A stretch of DNA of 64,000 nt from Naegleria gruberi (taxonomy: Eukaryota), in NCBI GenBank assembly GCA_000004985.1, contig GG738872.1; one strand, given 5' to 3'. The translations under genes and the position numbers were made by a program. Positions 1-10,900 of this stretch are shown here, piece by piece; position 1 is the stretch's first letter; each line of letters starts with the position of its first letter. The notes below the pieces were generated by a model. That model searched no databases, had not been told where the DNA came from, and saw only the letters and a program-made list of their open reading frames with translations.

Positions 1-476
1 GAGTTTCCAAATACTTGTGAATAGTCATACTTTGTTCTCAAATCTTTGTCACGAAGATGTCTCAATTCTACCTCACCCTTCCTATCTCGAATAAGCACAA
101 ATGTTTCCTTCTGTGAATCTTGGGTGAGAAAAGGTGAGTCAAAAGTCCACATCCTCTCCTCCTTTCCCTCACCTAGAAAGACTTGAATTTTATCAATGTA
201 ATATCTGGATTCTTCCTTTTCAGCTTCTTCATCATTCATTTGATTATCTGTAGAAGAAGCAGATGATGATGACGGTTGTAGAGGAGGTGATACAGTACTA
301 TTCGATTGTAATTCATTCACCTCTTCAATTTTTTCAAACAAGTGAGCATGATTGATTTTTACTTGAAATTCTTCATAGATTGGAAGAGTTTCGTTTGGCT
401 TGGCATAAAACACCCGAATAGCAACAACACCTTCTAATTCATTGATGATTCGAACACTGAATAATTTGGGAAACAT
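1..476 (-). CDS. Hypothetical protein, 5' portion (gene continues beyond window start). N-terminus MFPKLFSVRIINELEGVVAIRVFYAKPNE... looks like a ubiquitin-like/beta-grasp start followed by an acidic S-rich linker
   Basis: Manual translation of the minus strand from the ATG at 474-476 runs open to position 1 (about 158 aa). An in-frame TGA lies just upstream of the ATG. The ORF track omits it because the ORF runs off the window edge. Confidence 0.45.
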   Translation of the reverse strand, partial: MFPKLFSVRIINELEGVVAIRVFYAKPNETLPIYEEFQVKINHAHLFEKIEEVNELQSNSTVSPPLQPSSSSASSTDNQMNDEEAEKEESRYYIDKIQVFLGEGKEERMWTFDSPFLTQDSQKETFVLIRDRKGEVELRHLRDKDLRTKYDYSQVFGN

Positions 477-711
477 TTCAAGCTTTGAGTTGATTCACTT
501 TTTTAAAGATGTTATAAAATCATGATGATCAATTATTAGATTTGGAGAGTTTCCAATTTTGAAAATAAACCTTCATCATTATTAATTATTATTTTAAGGA
601 AAATTGTAATTATTAATCAATACTCAACCAGAAATTAATCGGACACAATTTACAATCTCCTTGTCCTTCGTCGAAACTTTCAAAGGACGCACAAAACCCA
701 ACACAATAAAA

Positions 712-1425
712 ATGTCTGCACGAAAGTGTTATTGTCAGAGATGTGGTACCGAGATGAATGAAAAGACAATCCCAAAGATTGCTTCTTCTTCATCTAGTTT
801 AGAAAATGAGGAATTAAACAAGTTAATTGAAAAGTTGCCAAATCACCAACAACCATCCTCTCCTAGAGGTAGTAAACCATCGGAAGTGTTTAAAAGAATG
901 GTTTGTCCATCATGTGGCTACACTTTCTATAATAATCCAATTCCAGTGGTGGCAGCTATTGTCGAGTGGAGAGATCATGAACATGTTGTTTTAATTCAGA
1001 ATAAGACTTGGCCTGAAAATTGGTATGGCTTGGTTTCTGGTTTTATTGAAGCTAAGGAGGCTCCACTTGATGCTTGTAAGAGAGAAATTAAAGAAGAATT
1101 GGGTTTGTCAAATATTGAAGTATCTGAAAAGGATTTGATTGGAGTTTACAATTTTCCATTGAGAAATGAGCTAATTATTGTTTATCATGTTCAAGTGCTT
1201 TCTAATGGAACAGATAAAGATGAGCAAATTTGTATTGATAAGGATGAATTGAGTGATTATCAAATGGTTAAAATTGATAAATTACGACCATGGAAGGCAG
1301 CTACAGGCTATGGACTTAGAGATTGGTTGATAAAAATTGGAGTGACACATAATGCTGATAACTTTGTAGATCCATTCAAGAAGGGAGAAAGTGTTGTTGA
1401 TAAAGCAACAGCAAGTAAACTCTAA
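712..1425 (+). CDS. Nudix hydrolase of the NudC/NUDT12 (NADH pyrophosphatase-like) type with an N-terminal zinc ribbon
   Basis: CxxCG...CPSCG zinc ribbon followed by a Nudix box (GLVSGFIEAKEAPLDACKREIKEELGL), collinear with E. coli NudC ([20 protein letters not shown]...[25 protein letters not shown]). The first true ATG is at 712; the track's 661 start is a TTG. Confidence 0.8.
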   Translation: MSARKCYCQRCGTEMNEKTIPKIASSSSSLENEELNKLIEKLPNHQQPSSPRGSKPSEVFKRMVCPSCGYTFYNNPIPVVAAIVEWRDHEHVVLIQNKTWPENWYGLVSGFIEAKEAPLDACKREIKEELGLSNIEVSEKDLIGVYNFPLRNELIIVYHVQVLSNGTDKDEQICIDKDELSDYQMVKIDKLRPWKAATGYGLRDWLIKIGVTHNADNFVDPFKKGESVVDKATASKL

Positions 1426-1475
1426 AATATATAGCTCAGGAAAGATTTAGCTATTTAAATAAATAAATTAATAAT

Positions 1476-4222
1476 TTAATCAGAATCTAAGTTTCTATAT
1501 TCCTCATCAGAAAGTGGTTGACTATGGATTGGAGAACTTTCATTATTCGCATTTCCTTTTCCAACTGAAAAAACACGTCTTGATCTAGGTCCAGGTTTTG
1601 GCATCTTAGGTTGAGCTGCAACTTCTTGTTCCTCATTGTGGTTAGAGTCCTCTTCAGCGTTTTTTTGACCTCCAATCTTAAAAACCCTCTTGCTCTTCTT
1701 AGAAGCAGAAGGAGGTCCTTCTTCTTGATTAGATCTGCTGGATGATTTTGGTTCTTCAAATTCTTCCTCTAGCGAAGGCTTCAGCTTCCTCCTTCTTCTT
1801 ATTGGAGCAGCTTCTGGTTCTTTCTTTGGAATGACAGCCTCATCATGATCTGAACGTTCTTCTTGCTCAACTTTCTTTGGTTTTCTTCGAATAGGTCTTT
1901 CTTCGATTGAAACTTCTTTTTCAAGAGTAACAGGTTTTACTGGGTTTGAGAGGCTTCTTGATCTTGCACTCACAGGCTCTGGTTTATCATCTTCCTGTGA
2001 ATTACTCGAAATATTAAGGGAAGGAACCTGAGGGTGTAGTTGTGGTGTTTGTTGAAACTGTTGAAATTGAGCTTGTTGAGGAGGAACCATGCCATTATTT
2101 TGTTGCATTAATTGAGTCAATAAATAGGAAATGAGATTCTTATCTAACCTTGCATCTATCATAGATTGCATATTTGCCATTTGATATTGAAACATCATAT
2201 CTGTTTGTTTCATCTGATTCATCATTTGAGCTACCATAGGATTGCTATTATCCATCATTTGCATTTGACTCATCTGAGGACTTTGGTAGATATTAGGAAG
2301 CATACCACCTCCCATATGGTTATTGAAATTATTTAAATTAGGCATGTTTGGAAGGGGAGGTTCAGCTATTGCAGAATTCACCTCAACTGGATTGAGTGGT
2401 GGAGGGACACTATCTTCTATAACAATTGTATCCCTTTGTCTTCTGGATCTTCTGGCTTCAGATGGGTTTCCAAATAAATCATTTTTAACATCTGGTACAA
2501 TCGGCATTGGTACTGGATCTATTACTGCACTTCTATTGGACGTCACATCACCTACAGCAACTGGAGGATTATTTTTTGACTCTTTCTCTCTTCGCTCCTT
2601 TTCCACTTGCAATCTTTCTTTTTCTGCATTAATCCTGATATTTTCTTCAATTTTTCTATCCATTTCCTCTTCTTTTCTCTTTCTTTCCTCTTCAGCCCTT
2701 TTCTTTGCTTCTAACTGTTTTTGAAGCTCTGCTTGGTATTCCATCTGTTTTTGTAGCTTTTGCTTAGATACATCTGTACTACCAATGTTTGATATGGCTG
2801 AAGCAGGCTTATTTGGAGATATTGGTTTTCCATCACCAGAACCAAAAGGAAGATTACTTTCTAATTGGTGGAAATGTTGATTGGAGAATTTTGATGAGGG
2901 AGATCTCATTTCATCTTCTTGTGATTTTTGAGACGGCAGCAAGACATCCTCTTGAAACTCTTTCTTTTTACTATTTGAATTTCCTCGTTGTTCCATTTGT
3001 TGCACTGTTACAATATTAGGTATCTTGAATCGAAAAAATACTTACTTAGTTGCATTCTATATTCAGCTTGTTGCTGCTGTTTCTTTGAATTCTCATCTTT
3101 TCCATACAGCTCACTTTTAAACACTTGTTTTCTGGTGTGTGAAATAGGAGAGCTGCTATAGGTAGAGTTTGATGAAGATCCAATATAAAAATCATTTTCT
3201 GGACTTTTAGCAACAGCAGTTTGGTGTCTAGAGCTATTATTCGATACCGATCGATGGTAATTATCATCATAGGACCTAGGTGTTTGTAAAGCATTATTGT
3301 TATATCCGCTCTGTGATTGGGGAGGTAATTGTTGGAATGGTGTTGAGTTTTGAGAAACTTGACTATTGTTACTAGGGGAAGGTGGGTAATCATTATAAAG
3401 CCTATTGAGTCCTCTCCTTCTTGGAATTGGAGGATCATTTGATCCCATTTTATCAAAAATGTTACCACCCTTAGATGCAAAATCATAATCTCTACTAGTG
3501 TTATTCGAATTAGCCCTTTTTGATTCATTTTTTGGTGTTACGACTGTGCTTGCTGGTTGGGAATGAGATATTCCTCCATTTCTTGAGAGTCTTTTTGGAT
3601 CCATATGAGATCCTCCTTGGAATTGATACTTATCTTGTTCGTTTTCATAATCAGATTCAGGATCGTGAGTTACTTCATTCTTCTTTATCCTTAAAGGTCT
3701 TGGTTTTCCTTGAATTTGATTTCTGTTTTGCTCTGTATATTTTTCTTGTTCGTGTTCATAATCTGATTCAGGGTCATGAGTAATATCTTGATTCTTTTTC
3801 CTCGTTGGTTTAGCATAGTTAGGCTTATTATTATCCACATATTTCATTTGGTCATTCTCATAATCTGACTCGGGATCATTGGTAATTTCCTGAGGCTTTC
3901 TTCTTTGAATTATTGGGTTTTTCTCTCGTAATGCCTGTCTTTTTTGTTCGTAAACTAAATCTCGTTGACTAATGTTTTTAGGAGTACTTTTAGATCTAGG
4001 TTCAGATCCAAATAAATTTTGTTGTTGTTGATTGGAAGATGTTGAACTAACGTCATCATCAAACAAGCCAACATCTCCATTCTTCTTCATCATTCTCATC
4101 ATTTTCTTCTTTTCATAAGCTTCCTCTCTTTTTCCTTTTGGTTGAGATCCTTGTGAAAGTTTACTCGAGAGTTGAGACATACCATCCTCCTCAATAATAT
4201 TCTTATTATTTAATTGTTCCAA
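1476..4222 (-). CDS. Large low-complexity protein (S/N/Q/K-rich) with three tandem ~35-aa (I/V)T(N/H)DPESDYE(N/H)(D/E)Q.KY repeats, a K/E-rich coiled-coil segment and a Met/Gln-rich tract. Two exons: 3046..4222 and 1476..3004
   Basis: Track ORFs 3008..4222 and 1476..3005 are only 3 nt apart in different frames. A 41-nt GT..AG intron (3005..3045, gtaagtatttttt...gtaacag), typical for this window, joins them in frame (...AEYRMQL|MQQMEQRGNS...). The first in-frame ATG is at 4180, but the frame stays open upstream to an AG at about 4313, so additional 5' exon(s) are possible. Confidence 0.6.
3620..3900 (-). repeat. Three tandem coding repeats (~105 nt / 35 aa each) with a DPESDYE-N/H-D/E-Q-x-KY core
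   Basis: Three near-identical peptide units are visible in the translation (ITNDPESDYENDQMKY / ITHDPESDYEHEQEKY / VTHDPESDYENEQDKY). Confidence 0.7.
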
Positions 4223-4503
4223 ACGTCTTGGTCTATGCCTGTTAAAACTATATGATTCTTGAGCCTCATTAGTTTTTCCTCCAAATCTGTTTTCGGTTAC
4301 AACATTAAAAGACTATTCCACAACAACAACTTACAAATCCTCACGTATTGTGTTTGTATTTACAGCTGTATGGGTTGGTTCTTTGTACAATTCCGCTTCA
4401 TCTTCCTCGTTCCATAAATCCTTCGACCTTTCCCTATTATATTTTCATCATACAACATAAAACATTAATTCCAACATATTTCAATAATCCGAACATTTGA
4501 ATA

Positions 4504-4746
4504 TTAAACATACGATGTACCTAAAGAATAATTCTTATAGTGTTGGAAAATTTCCTCCTTATCTCTTCTTGCATCCTCCTCTTGTTGCTTCCGCTTTTCC
4601 TTTGCTTGTTGTGCTAATTCATCCAAATATTCTTGATCATTTGTAACTGGAATAGGTCCAGCTCCTCTGCCCCATTTCCTAACTTTTCTCTGTTGTTGGG
4701 CATTGATTTTCTTCGATAGTGAATTATTATCGCTACCAAACATCAT
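4504..4746 (-). CDS. Small basic K/E-rich ORF (80 aa; MMFGSDNNSLSKKINAQQQRKVRKWGRG...). Either a stand-alone small protein or a 5' exon of the downstream low-complexity gene
   Basis: True ATG at 4744-4746, charged low-complexity composition, no recognisable family. A phase-0 join to the upstream-open reading frame of gene 1476..4222 is possible (donor tat|gtttaa at 4509, acceptor aatag|tct at 4313), but the donor is weak. Confidence 0.3.
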   Translation of the reverse strand: MMFGSDNNSLSKKINAQQQRKVRKWGRGAGPIPVTNDQEYLDELAQQAKEKRKQQEEDARRDKEEIFQHYKNYSLGTSYV

Positions 4747-4968
4747 TTTTTAAGGGTAATAACCCGTCCCTTCACTTTCTTGTTTTTTATTTTAAGAACA
4801 AAAACTGTAAGAGGATTTTTCAAAATTTGCGCGCCAACATACAACCGCTTTGAACTTGACCTCAGTTCACCAAAGTGCCGATTCTTGAAGAGAGATTAAA
4901 TAGTGAATTATTTTTCTTTTCTCAATATATTCATCATCGGTATTGAAAACAATTGAATGGAAAAAACA

Positions 4969-6270
4969 TTATTTGTTTGCCTTGTTCATGGCCGATTCCA
5001 TTGCCTCTTGTTTCATTAATTTCCAATTTTCTTCATGTTTGGAAATAATCTCTTGTTGTTCTTTGATTTTCTTTTTAAGCAATTCTATTTCTTTGTCTTT
5101 TTTGCTAACAGAGTTAGTAAGGCGAGTAACCTTATCGGCATTGAGACTGTAGCTTAATGAGAGCAACTTTTTAGAAATATCAGTATGCATAGCTGTACTG
5201 CTGGCCATAGGATGAAGAGGTGAAGACATTCCACTCATACTACCAAATTGTGAATTAGCCATATCAGTCTCATCTGCAGATTGAGTTTTCTGCATGACCT
5301 GGTTCAGCTTTTGTTGAGTGGAAAGAAGAGTCTTATTGAAGAGCTTTCTCAATTGTTCATTTTCGGTTGCCTCTTCCAAATTTTTCTGGTATTGAATCCA
5401 AGGATATATAAACAAATTATACAATTCTGAATAGAGTGTAACTCCTGGGGTTGTTGGAGTTGATTGTGAAGGAGTATCACCTCCATTATGACCTATTGGA
5501 GATAGGCATTGTCCATTAAAATCATTCATAGTCAATAAATTATGATTATTAGTTGATTGAGTTGCTGAAAGTCCAATCATAGATTCACTAAGATCATATT
5601 GTTTTGGCATAATCATCTCTCTGTCTCCGTATTGTTCCATCACAATTGGTCCATTATTAATTCTCGATCTATTATTCAGTATTGTCGATCCATTCATATT
5701 ATTTGTAATTGTGGTTGCTTCATCCAAATTTCTTTGGAATCTATATTCAGATTTATAATGAGAAATCAAATGATTAATTGAGTCAAGAGCACTCTTGTCA
5801 CAAGTTAAGTTTTTTGATCTTTCCAATATTGACATTCCCTTTCTGTTCAATTGTGCTGCTTTTCCATGATCTCCAATTGAATGTAAATATTCAGATTGTC
5901 TATTTAAACGGTTAGATTTTTGAATAGGATGATTTAAAACTTGTTGAGTAATAACAATTTGTTTGCTATTATTATTACTAGAAGATTTATGTGTTGCCTT
6001 GTGAATGCCATTATTTGTGCTCAGAAGATTTGTATTTTGTTTTTCCAAAGTTAATGAGTTTGTACTGGCAACTTGTGTTGTTACATGATTGTCATTGGTT
6101 TTAATGGGAGGAGTGATGATGGTAGTTATGGATACATTGTTATTGGTGGGAGTTGAAAGAGGAGTGAGATGTTTTCTAGGTGTGGTTACGATATTACTAT
6201 TACTAGAGGTTGATGTTGTAGATGATGGAGAAGAGGCCGGAGAAGATAAATTTGATATTGTGGAGGCCAT
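4969..6270 (-). CDS. Hypothetical S/T/N-rich protein with a C-terminal coiled coil (433 aa). Possibly a transcription-factor-like protein
   Basis: Long ORF with an A-rich context before the ATG at 6268-6270, homopolymeric S/T/N tracts, C-terminal heptad-like K/E-rich segment. No family recognised. Confidence 0.5.
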   Translation of the reverse strand: MASTISNLSSPASSPSSTTSTSSNSNIVTTPRKHLTPLSTPTNNNVSITTIITPPIKTNDNHVTTQVASTNSLTLEKQNTNLLSTNNGIHKATHKSSSNNNSKQIVITQQVLNHPIQKSNRLNRQSEYLHSIGDHGKAAQLNRKGMSILERSKNLTCDKSALDSINHLISHYKSEYRFQRNLDEATTITNNMNGSTILNNRSRINNGPIVMEQYGDREMIMPKQYDLSESMIGLSATQSTNNHNLLTMNDFNGQCLSPIGHNGGDTPSQSTPTTPGVTLYSELYNLFIYPWIQYQKNLEEATENEQLRKLFNKTLLSTQQKLNQVMQKTQSADETDMANSQFGSMSGMSSPLHPMASSTAMHTDISKKLLSLSYSLNADKVTRLTNSVSKKDKEIELLKKKIKEQQEIISKHEENWKLMKQEAMESAMNKANK

Positions 6271-6434
6271 TAGCAAATGATCGTTTTTTTGTTGTTCTTT
6301 TTAAATTTAGAAAAGAGAGATGAAGAAGAAAAACGTGACTGAATTCATTAACGGAGAAGATTAATAAGATTATGTAAATCATACAATTGAATAAATAATA
6401 CATTTTAATAATGGTAATGTAATTAATACTACTA

Positions 6435-7072
6435 CTACCATTCTGATTGTCCAAATCCACCATAATCTCCTATTTCAAGTAAACCTAAAAAGAATAAATA
6501 ATTTAAATCTTGATATTGAAATCTTACCTCTATTTCTTAAATGTAATTGTTTCAATTTGGATCTTTCTTCTTCTTTTTCTTGTTCTAATTTACTTAACAT
6601 TAAAATTTCATCAACTGGAACTTGTTTTAAAGATAAGTCTCGTGATTCATCAACTTCTCCCATTAATACTACATTTTCACCTCTAACGATATATAAACCA
6701 ACATCCAAATCACCATATTTATCTTCTACTACTATCCGTTCAACAGTTTTCTCTAGAGTCATATTTACAAATTGGTCATAACAACGAAGAATTCCGATTA
6801 GTTTTTTACCATCTCTCAAAATTACCATCACTTTTTCTATTTAATTTGATGAAATGTTATTTAAAATTAATTAAGTGATATTTACTATCTAATTGATCCG
6901 AAAGACTGGCTGCTCCTGGAAAGTAAAAATCCACTTTTAATTCATCATTTTCTTCGTCGTCTTCTTGAGGAGACATTGCAAAAGATCTAGATATTGGAGT
7001 GTTTGCTGATGGTGAAGCGGAATAAAAGTGATGACTACCTCCTCCTCCTATCGATGCATGTTGATTTGGCAT
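6435..7072 (-). CDS. LSM1: U6 snRNA-associated Sm-like protein LSm1, three exons (6886..7072, 6528..6836, 6435..6484)
   Basis: Exon 2 translates to ILRDGKKLIGILRCYDQFVNMTLEKTVERI...YIVRGENVVLMGEVD, close to human LSM1 ([31 protein letters not shown]...FVVRGENVVLLGEID). Exon 1 ends ...FYFPGAASLSDQLD (human YMPGTASLIEDID) and joins via a 49-nt intron (6837..6885). A 43-nt intron (6485..6527) joins the C-terminal tail. There is an N-terminal Ser/Gly-rich extension. Confidence 0.8.
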
Positions 7073-7332
7073 TGTTCAATATTATGTGAGTAGCAACAAG
7101 GAGCTTGTTGATGTGCTCTCAATTTTTTAGAGTTTTTATTAAATTTTATTGTTTTATTTTGGATTTTTGTTTTTATTAAAGTTCAAGTAATAATATTTAT
7201 TGTATTACTATTATTAATAATATAAATATTACTAATAATATTATTAGTAAAATCATAAATTTTGTATATTTTTTAATATTTTATTGAAAATTTGGTTAGA
7301 AAATTGGTGTGAAATCACTTGATATTATGATT

Positions 7333-7861
7333 CTATTCAGAACTACTAATGTCATCTCTCATTGCACAACCTCGTACATCTGTAATTTGATCTGTCAAAA
7401 TCATAATCCAATCTATTAACCACCAAATTAAACATCCTCCTAATGTTAACAATTTAATAACACCCATCTATTTCAGAAATACTTAATTGAATTCTATTAT
7501 TAAAATTAATACTAACCAAATAAAAACCAAGATAAAATCTGTCAACTCCAATAATACCTAAAAAGAAAGATAATAAGAAGGCGGTCAATTTTGATTTTCT
7601 AGCTTCACTTTGATAAGGTGCAGGACAACAATATTGAGTATTGTTAGTTATTGATTCAAGACAGGTTGTACTACTATCTTGTGCCATCACAAATAAATAA
7701 TTTTCTGATAATATTTGATGATCGGAATGATGAGAGAAGGATGTGATCGTTTGTTCTTGATGATATTCACTAATGAATAAATACAATTGATAGCCAAGTG
7801 CTGCTATCCATGTTATGTAAAGAAGATAATGTAAAATTTTCTTGGGCAGACTTTGAGACAT
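7333..7861 (-). CDS. TM2 domain-containing membrane protein, two exons (7517..7861, 7333..7467)
   Basis: Exon 1 ends ...FLGIIGVDRFYLGFYL. A 49-nt intron (7468..7516, gttagt...aaatag) joins MGVIKLLTLGGCLIWWLIDWIMIL..., which together give the TM2-domain signature (G..G.DRFYLG....KL.T.GG.GIW.L.D). Confidence 0.7.
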
Positions 7862-7964
7862 TTTTTGACAAGTGAAGTTGATGGATCATCTATGGTTCAG
7901 TGATAGAGAAATACTTTAATTGTATGCCGAAAACAATTTCATGTGATGAAACTTTAGTATGAAT

Positions 7965-10900
7965 TTATTCGGATAAGAAGTGTGAAATTTCTTCACCAGT
8001 CTTTTGTTCAATAGTCAAGACAATGTTACGAGTATCCTTCAAAACTTCTTCATCTTCGCTTTCTAATAATTCAGCAACGTATGGCATCATTTCAGGTAAC
8101 ATGATAATAAATTCCTTTCCTACGTATTCATAGAATGAAGCAATGCAACCAATTGCAGTTCTCTTACAAATAGTTGATTCATTCTTAGTTTTTTGTAAAA
8201 CTTGGTATTGGAGTGGTTTCCATTGTTGTTGAGTAACAACACTAGCAAGGGAACCAAATGTCTTGGTAATGAGTTCATAATTGTGTTCACAGACTTCTTC
8301 AACTCCAAGAATCTTGGCAAGTGGTTCAACTAATTGTTCAAATCTATCATTTGAACTAACAAATGATTCTCTATCATTGAGGAAACAGAGTGTTAAGGCG
8401 TTGAGAATCAAATAGGCAAGTTGATTTCTTTCTTCAGATGACGAAATAATACAGAGCTTTGGTTGCTTCTTGGTTGTTAATTCCTTCAACTTTCTCTTCT
8501 TTGAATTTTCCTTTGTTTCTTCTTCTTCGTCAGATTCTTCATCTTCTTCACCACAAACAGCCTTGATATCTCTAATAATATTTTGCCATAAATATCCAAA
8601 GTATGGAATGAAAAGGAAACCCAATTTGATGTTCATACTAATAACAATCTTATAGAAAGCAATCAATCTAGCAGCATCTGGTGGTGCAAACTTGTGATCA
8701 CCATAATCCAAATAGTTACTGGCAGAGTCTTCCTTTGCAGAGACAGGTTCTCTTGCCCAATCAAGCATCTTCTTAATGGATGGCTTGAGTAAATCTTCAT
8801 TAAGCTTCAAAACGAATGCTTCGAATGAAGAACAAATTGCCTTTTCAACTGTTTCAAGAGCCTTTCCTTCGAACTTGCCCTTTCTTCTCAAGTCCAAAGC
8901 TTCCAAGAAGAAATCAATAATATTCAAATGGAATGATTCAACTGATTTGGCATCCATAACATTGACAATTTCATAAACAACAGTCATGAGTTTAACCACT
9001 GATTCGTGACCAAAAGCAACTGAAGCTTCCAAAGAGGCAAATACTGGTTCAAGGATATGTCTGGTTTCAGCATTGGTGGCCAAGAAGAATAAAATGTCAG
9101 AAGCCTTTTGAGCAATCTTCTTAGAAGTAGAATGGATAATTCTAGTGCTCAACAAGATATTCATGATGCTCTTCAAGTATGGACTCATAAACTTGAGATG
9201 AACTCTAGAAATTAATTCCAAAGCAGAGAGAATACCAAAAACTAAGAGTTGCTTAGAATCAGCATCATCCTTTTCATCTTCGTCTTCCAAAATGTCTTCT
9301 TCCTTGGCAATAACAGCAGAAATGTGTTCAGTGAAAGTTGGACAGATTTGTGGTAAGAATTCCAATGAATCACTACCCAATTCAAAACATAAAGTTGAAA
9401 GGCATAAAGCAGCAGAAGAGATAATAGCAGCAGACTTGTGTTGCAAATGAGCAATGACAGCTGGTGTGATAGCTACGAAACGTTTTGGTTTGTTCTTAGC
9501 AAATCTTCTGGCCATAAGTTCAACTGAAATGATTGATCCTTGGACGAGGAAGTTGCTTGATTTGGCATCACTAAGAATAGCCTTCAATCTCTTGAGAAGT
9601 GTAATGAAAACATCTTCGTCTTCAATCAACTTGGAGACCATTCTAGATGCTTCATCTGTAAGTCTAGTGTTTAAAATGAAGAGAGCTCTTTCTCTCATAG
9701 TAACAGAACTACTGTCTAAGAGAGCCTTAATCATAGCAACAAAGCTTTGAGAGCTCAACAATTGTTGACTCTTAGCATAAACTTCATCAACCAAATCAAC
9801 AACAGTTGGTTCCTTGATGTTGTCTCTGATTTGATTCAAGTTTTCAGCAACAGTTAACAAATAACTTTGAGATGATTCCTTATCCTTTTCTTCTTCCAAA
9901 ATGAGCATTCTCAAGAATTCCATTGATGATAAGTGTTCAGAAATGAATTCGAGAATAAAGACGAGCAAAGCAAGACGTTCTTCATCAGAATATTCTGAAG
10001 GAGTATAGAAAGAGTTCTTTGGATCATCATCCTTTGAGATTGATAAACCAATGTTGACCAACTTAACCAAAGCAACAAGTTGCTTGCTAACTTGGAAATA
10101 TTCGACGAGTTCGTGGCAGAAAGCAGTAATCATTGCACTGTCTTCTTGATCACCATTTTTAACACATTGGGTCAACATGAGAAGTACGAAACCATAAATG
10201 TTCTTTCTTGATGTTCCCTTAACAAGTGATGAGAAGAATGAAAGACGTTTTTCCTTTGGAATATACTTCATAGAGTTGACAAATACGTTGACAATAAACT
10301 TAATGTCCATATTTTGTTCAACGAGCTTTGGAACAATTTGAAGGACGGTCTTTTGAATGGCATCAAAAGCAAAACCTTCCTTTTCCTTCAAACTTCCTTC
10401 AACAGCCTTCATAACAGCCAAAATTTGTTCAATAATTTGAAGAGGGAAGATTGAGGCAAGTTCACCCAACAAAAGAATAGCATGATTTCTGATTTGAGAT
10501 GAATCACTTTCAGTAAGACACTTGAGAATGAGATCAACATCGAAAGTCTTTTCAACCTTCTTGGCGAGGACGTTTCTTTCTTCTCCTTCTTCATCAAGCT
10601 TGGTACTAATTGAATACAACACGGATAAGATCATAGTAATTGGGTATTCAACTCTGTACTTGTTGGTATCCAACTCTACTCTCAATTCCTTCAAAAGAGA
10701 GAATAAGCGTGGAGCCAATGATTCTCTCTTTGGAACAGATTTCATGATTTGAACAAGTTCAAGAATATTTGATAATTCTGACAAGTTATCAGTTGAATCA
10801 TCACTGGTATCCATTCCCTTTGTGGTGGTAGGAATATAATTCTTAAGGATTTCTGGATTCAATGGCAATTGTTTGAGAATTTGTTGATAAACTTGAGTCA

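Noticed and set aside
7140-7300. AT-rich tract with imperfect inverted repeats (tactattattaataatataaatattactaataatattattagta)
   Set aside because: This is low-complexity AT-rich intergenic DNA, typical of promoters and UTRs in this genome. The palindromy is imperfect. No transposon termini, target-site duplication or coding capacity was found.
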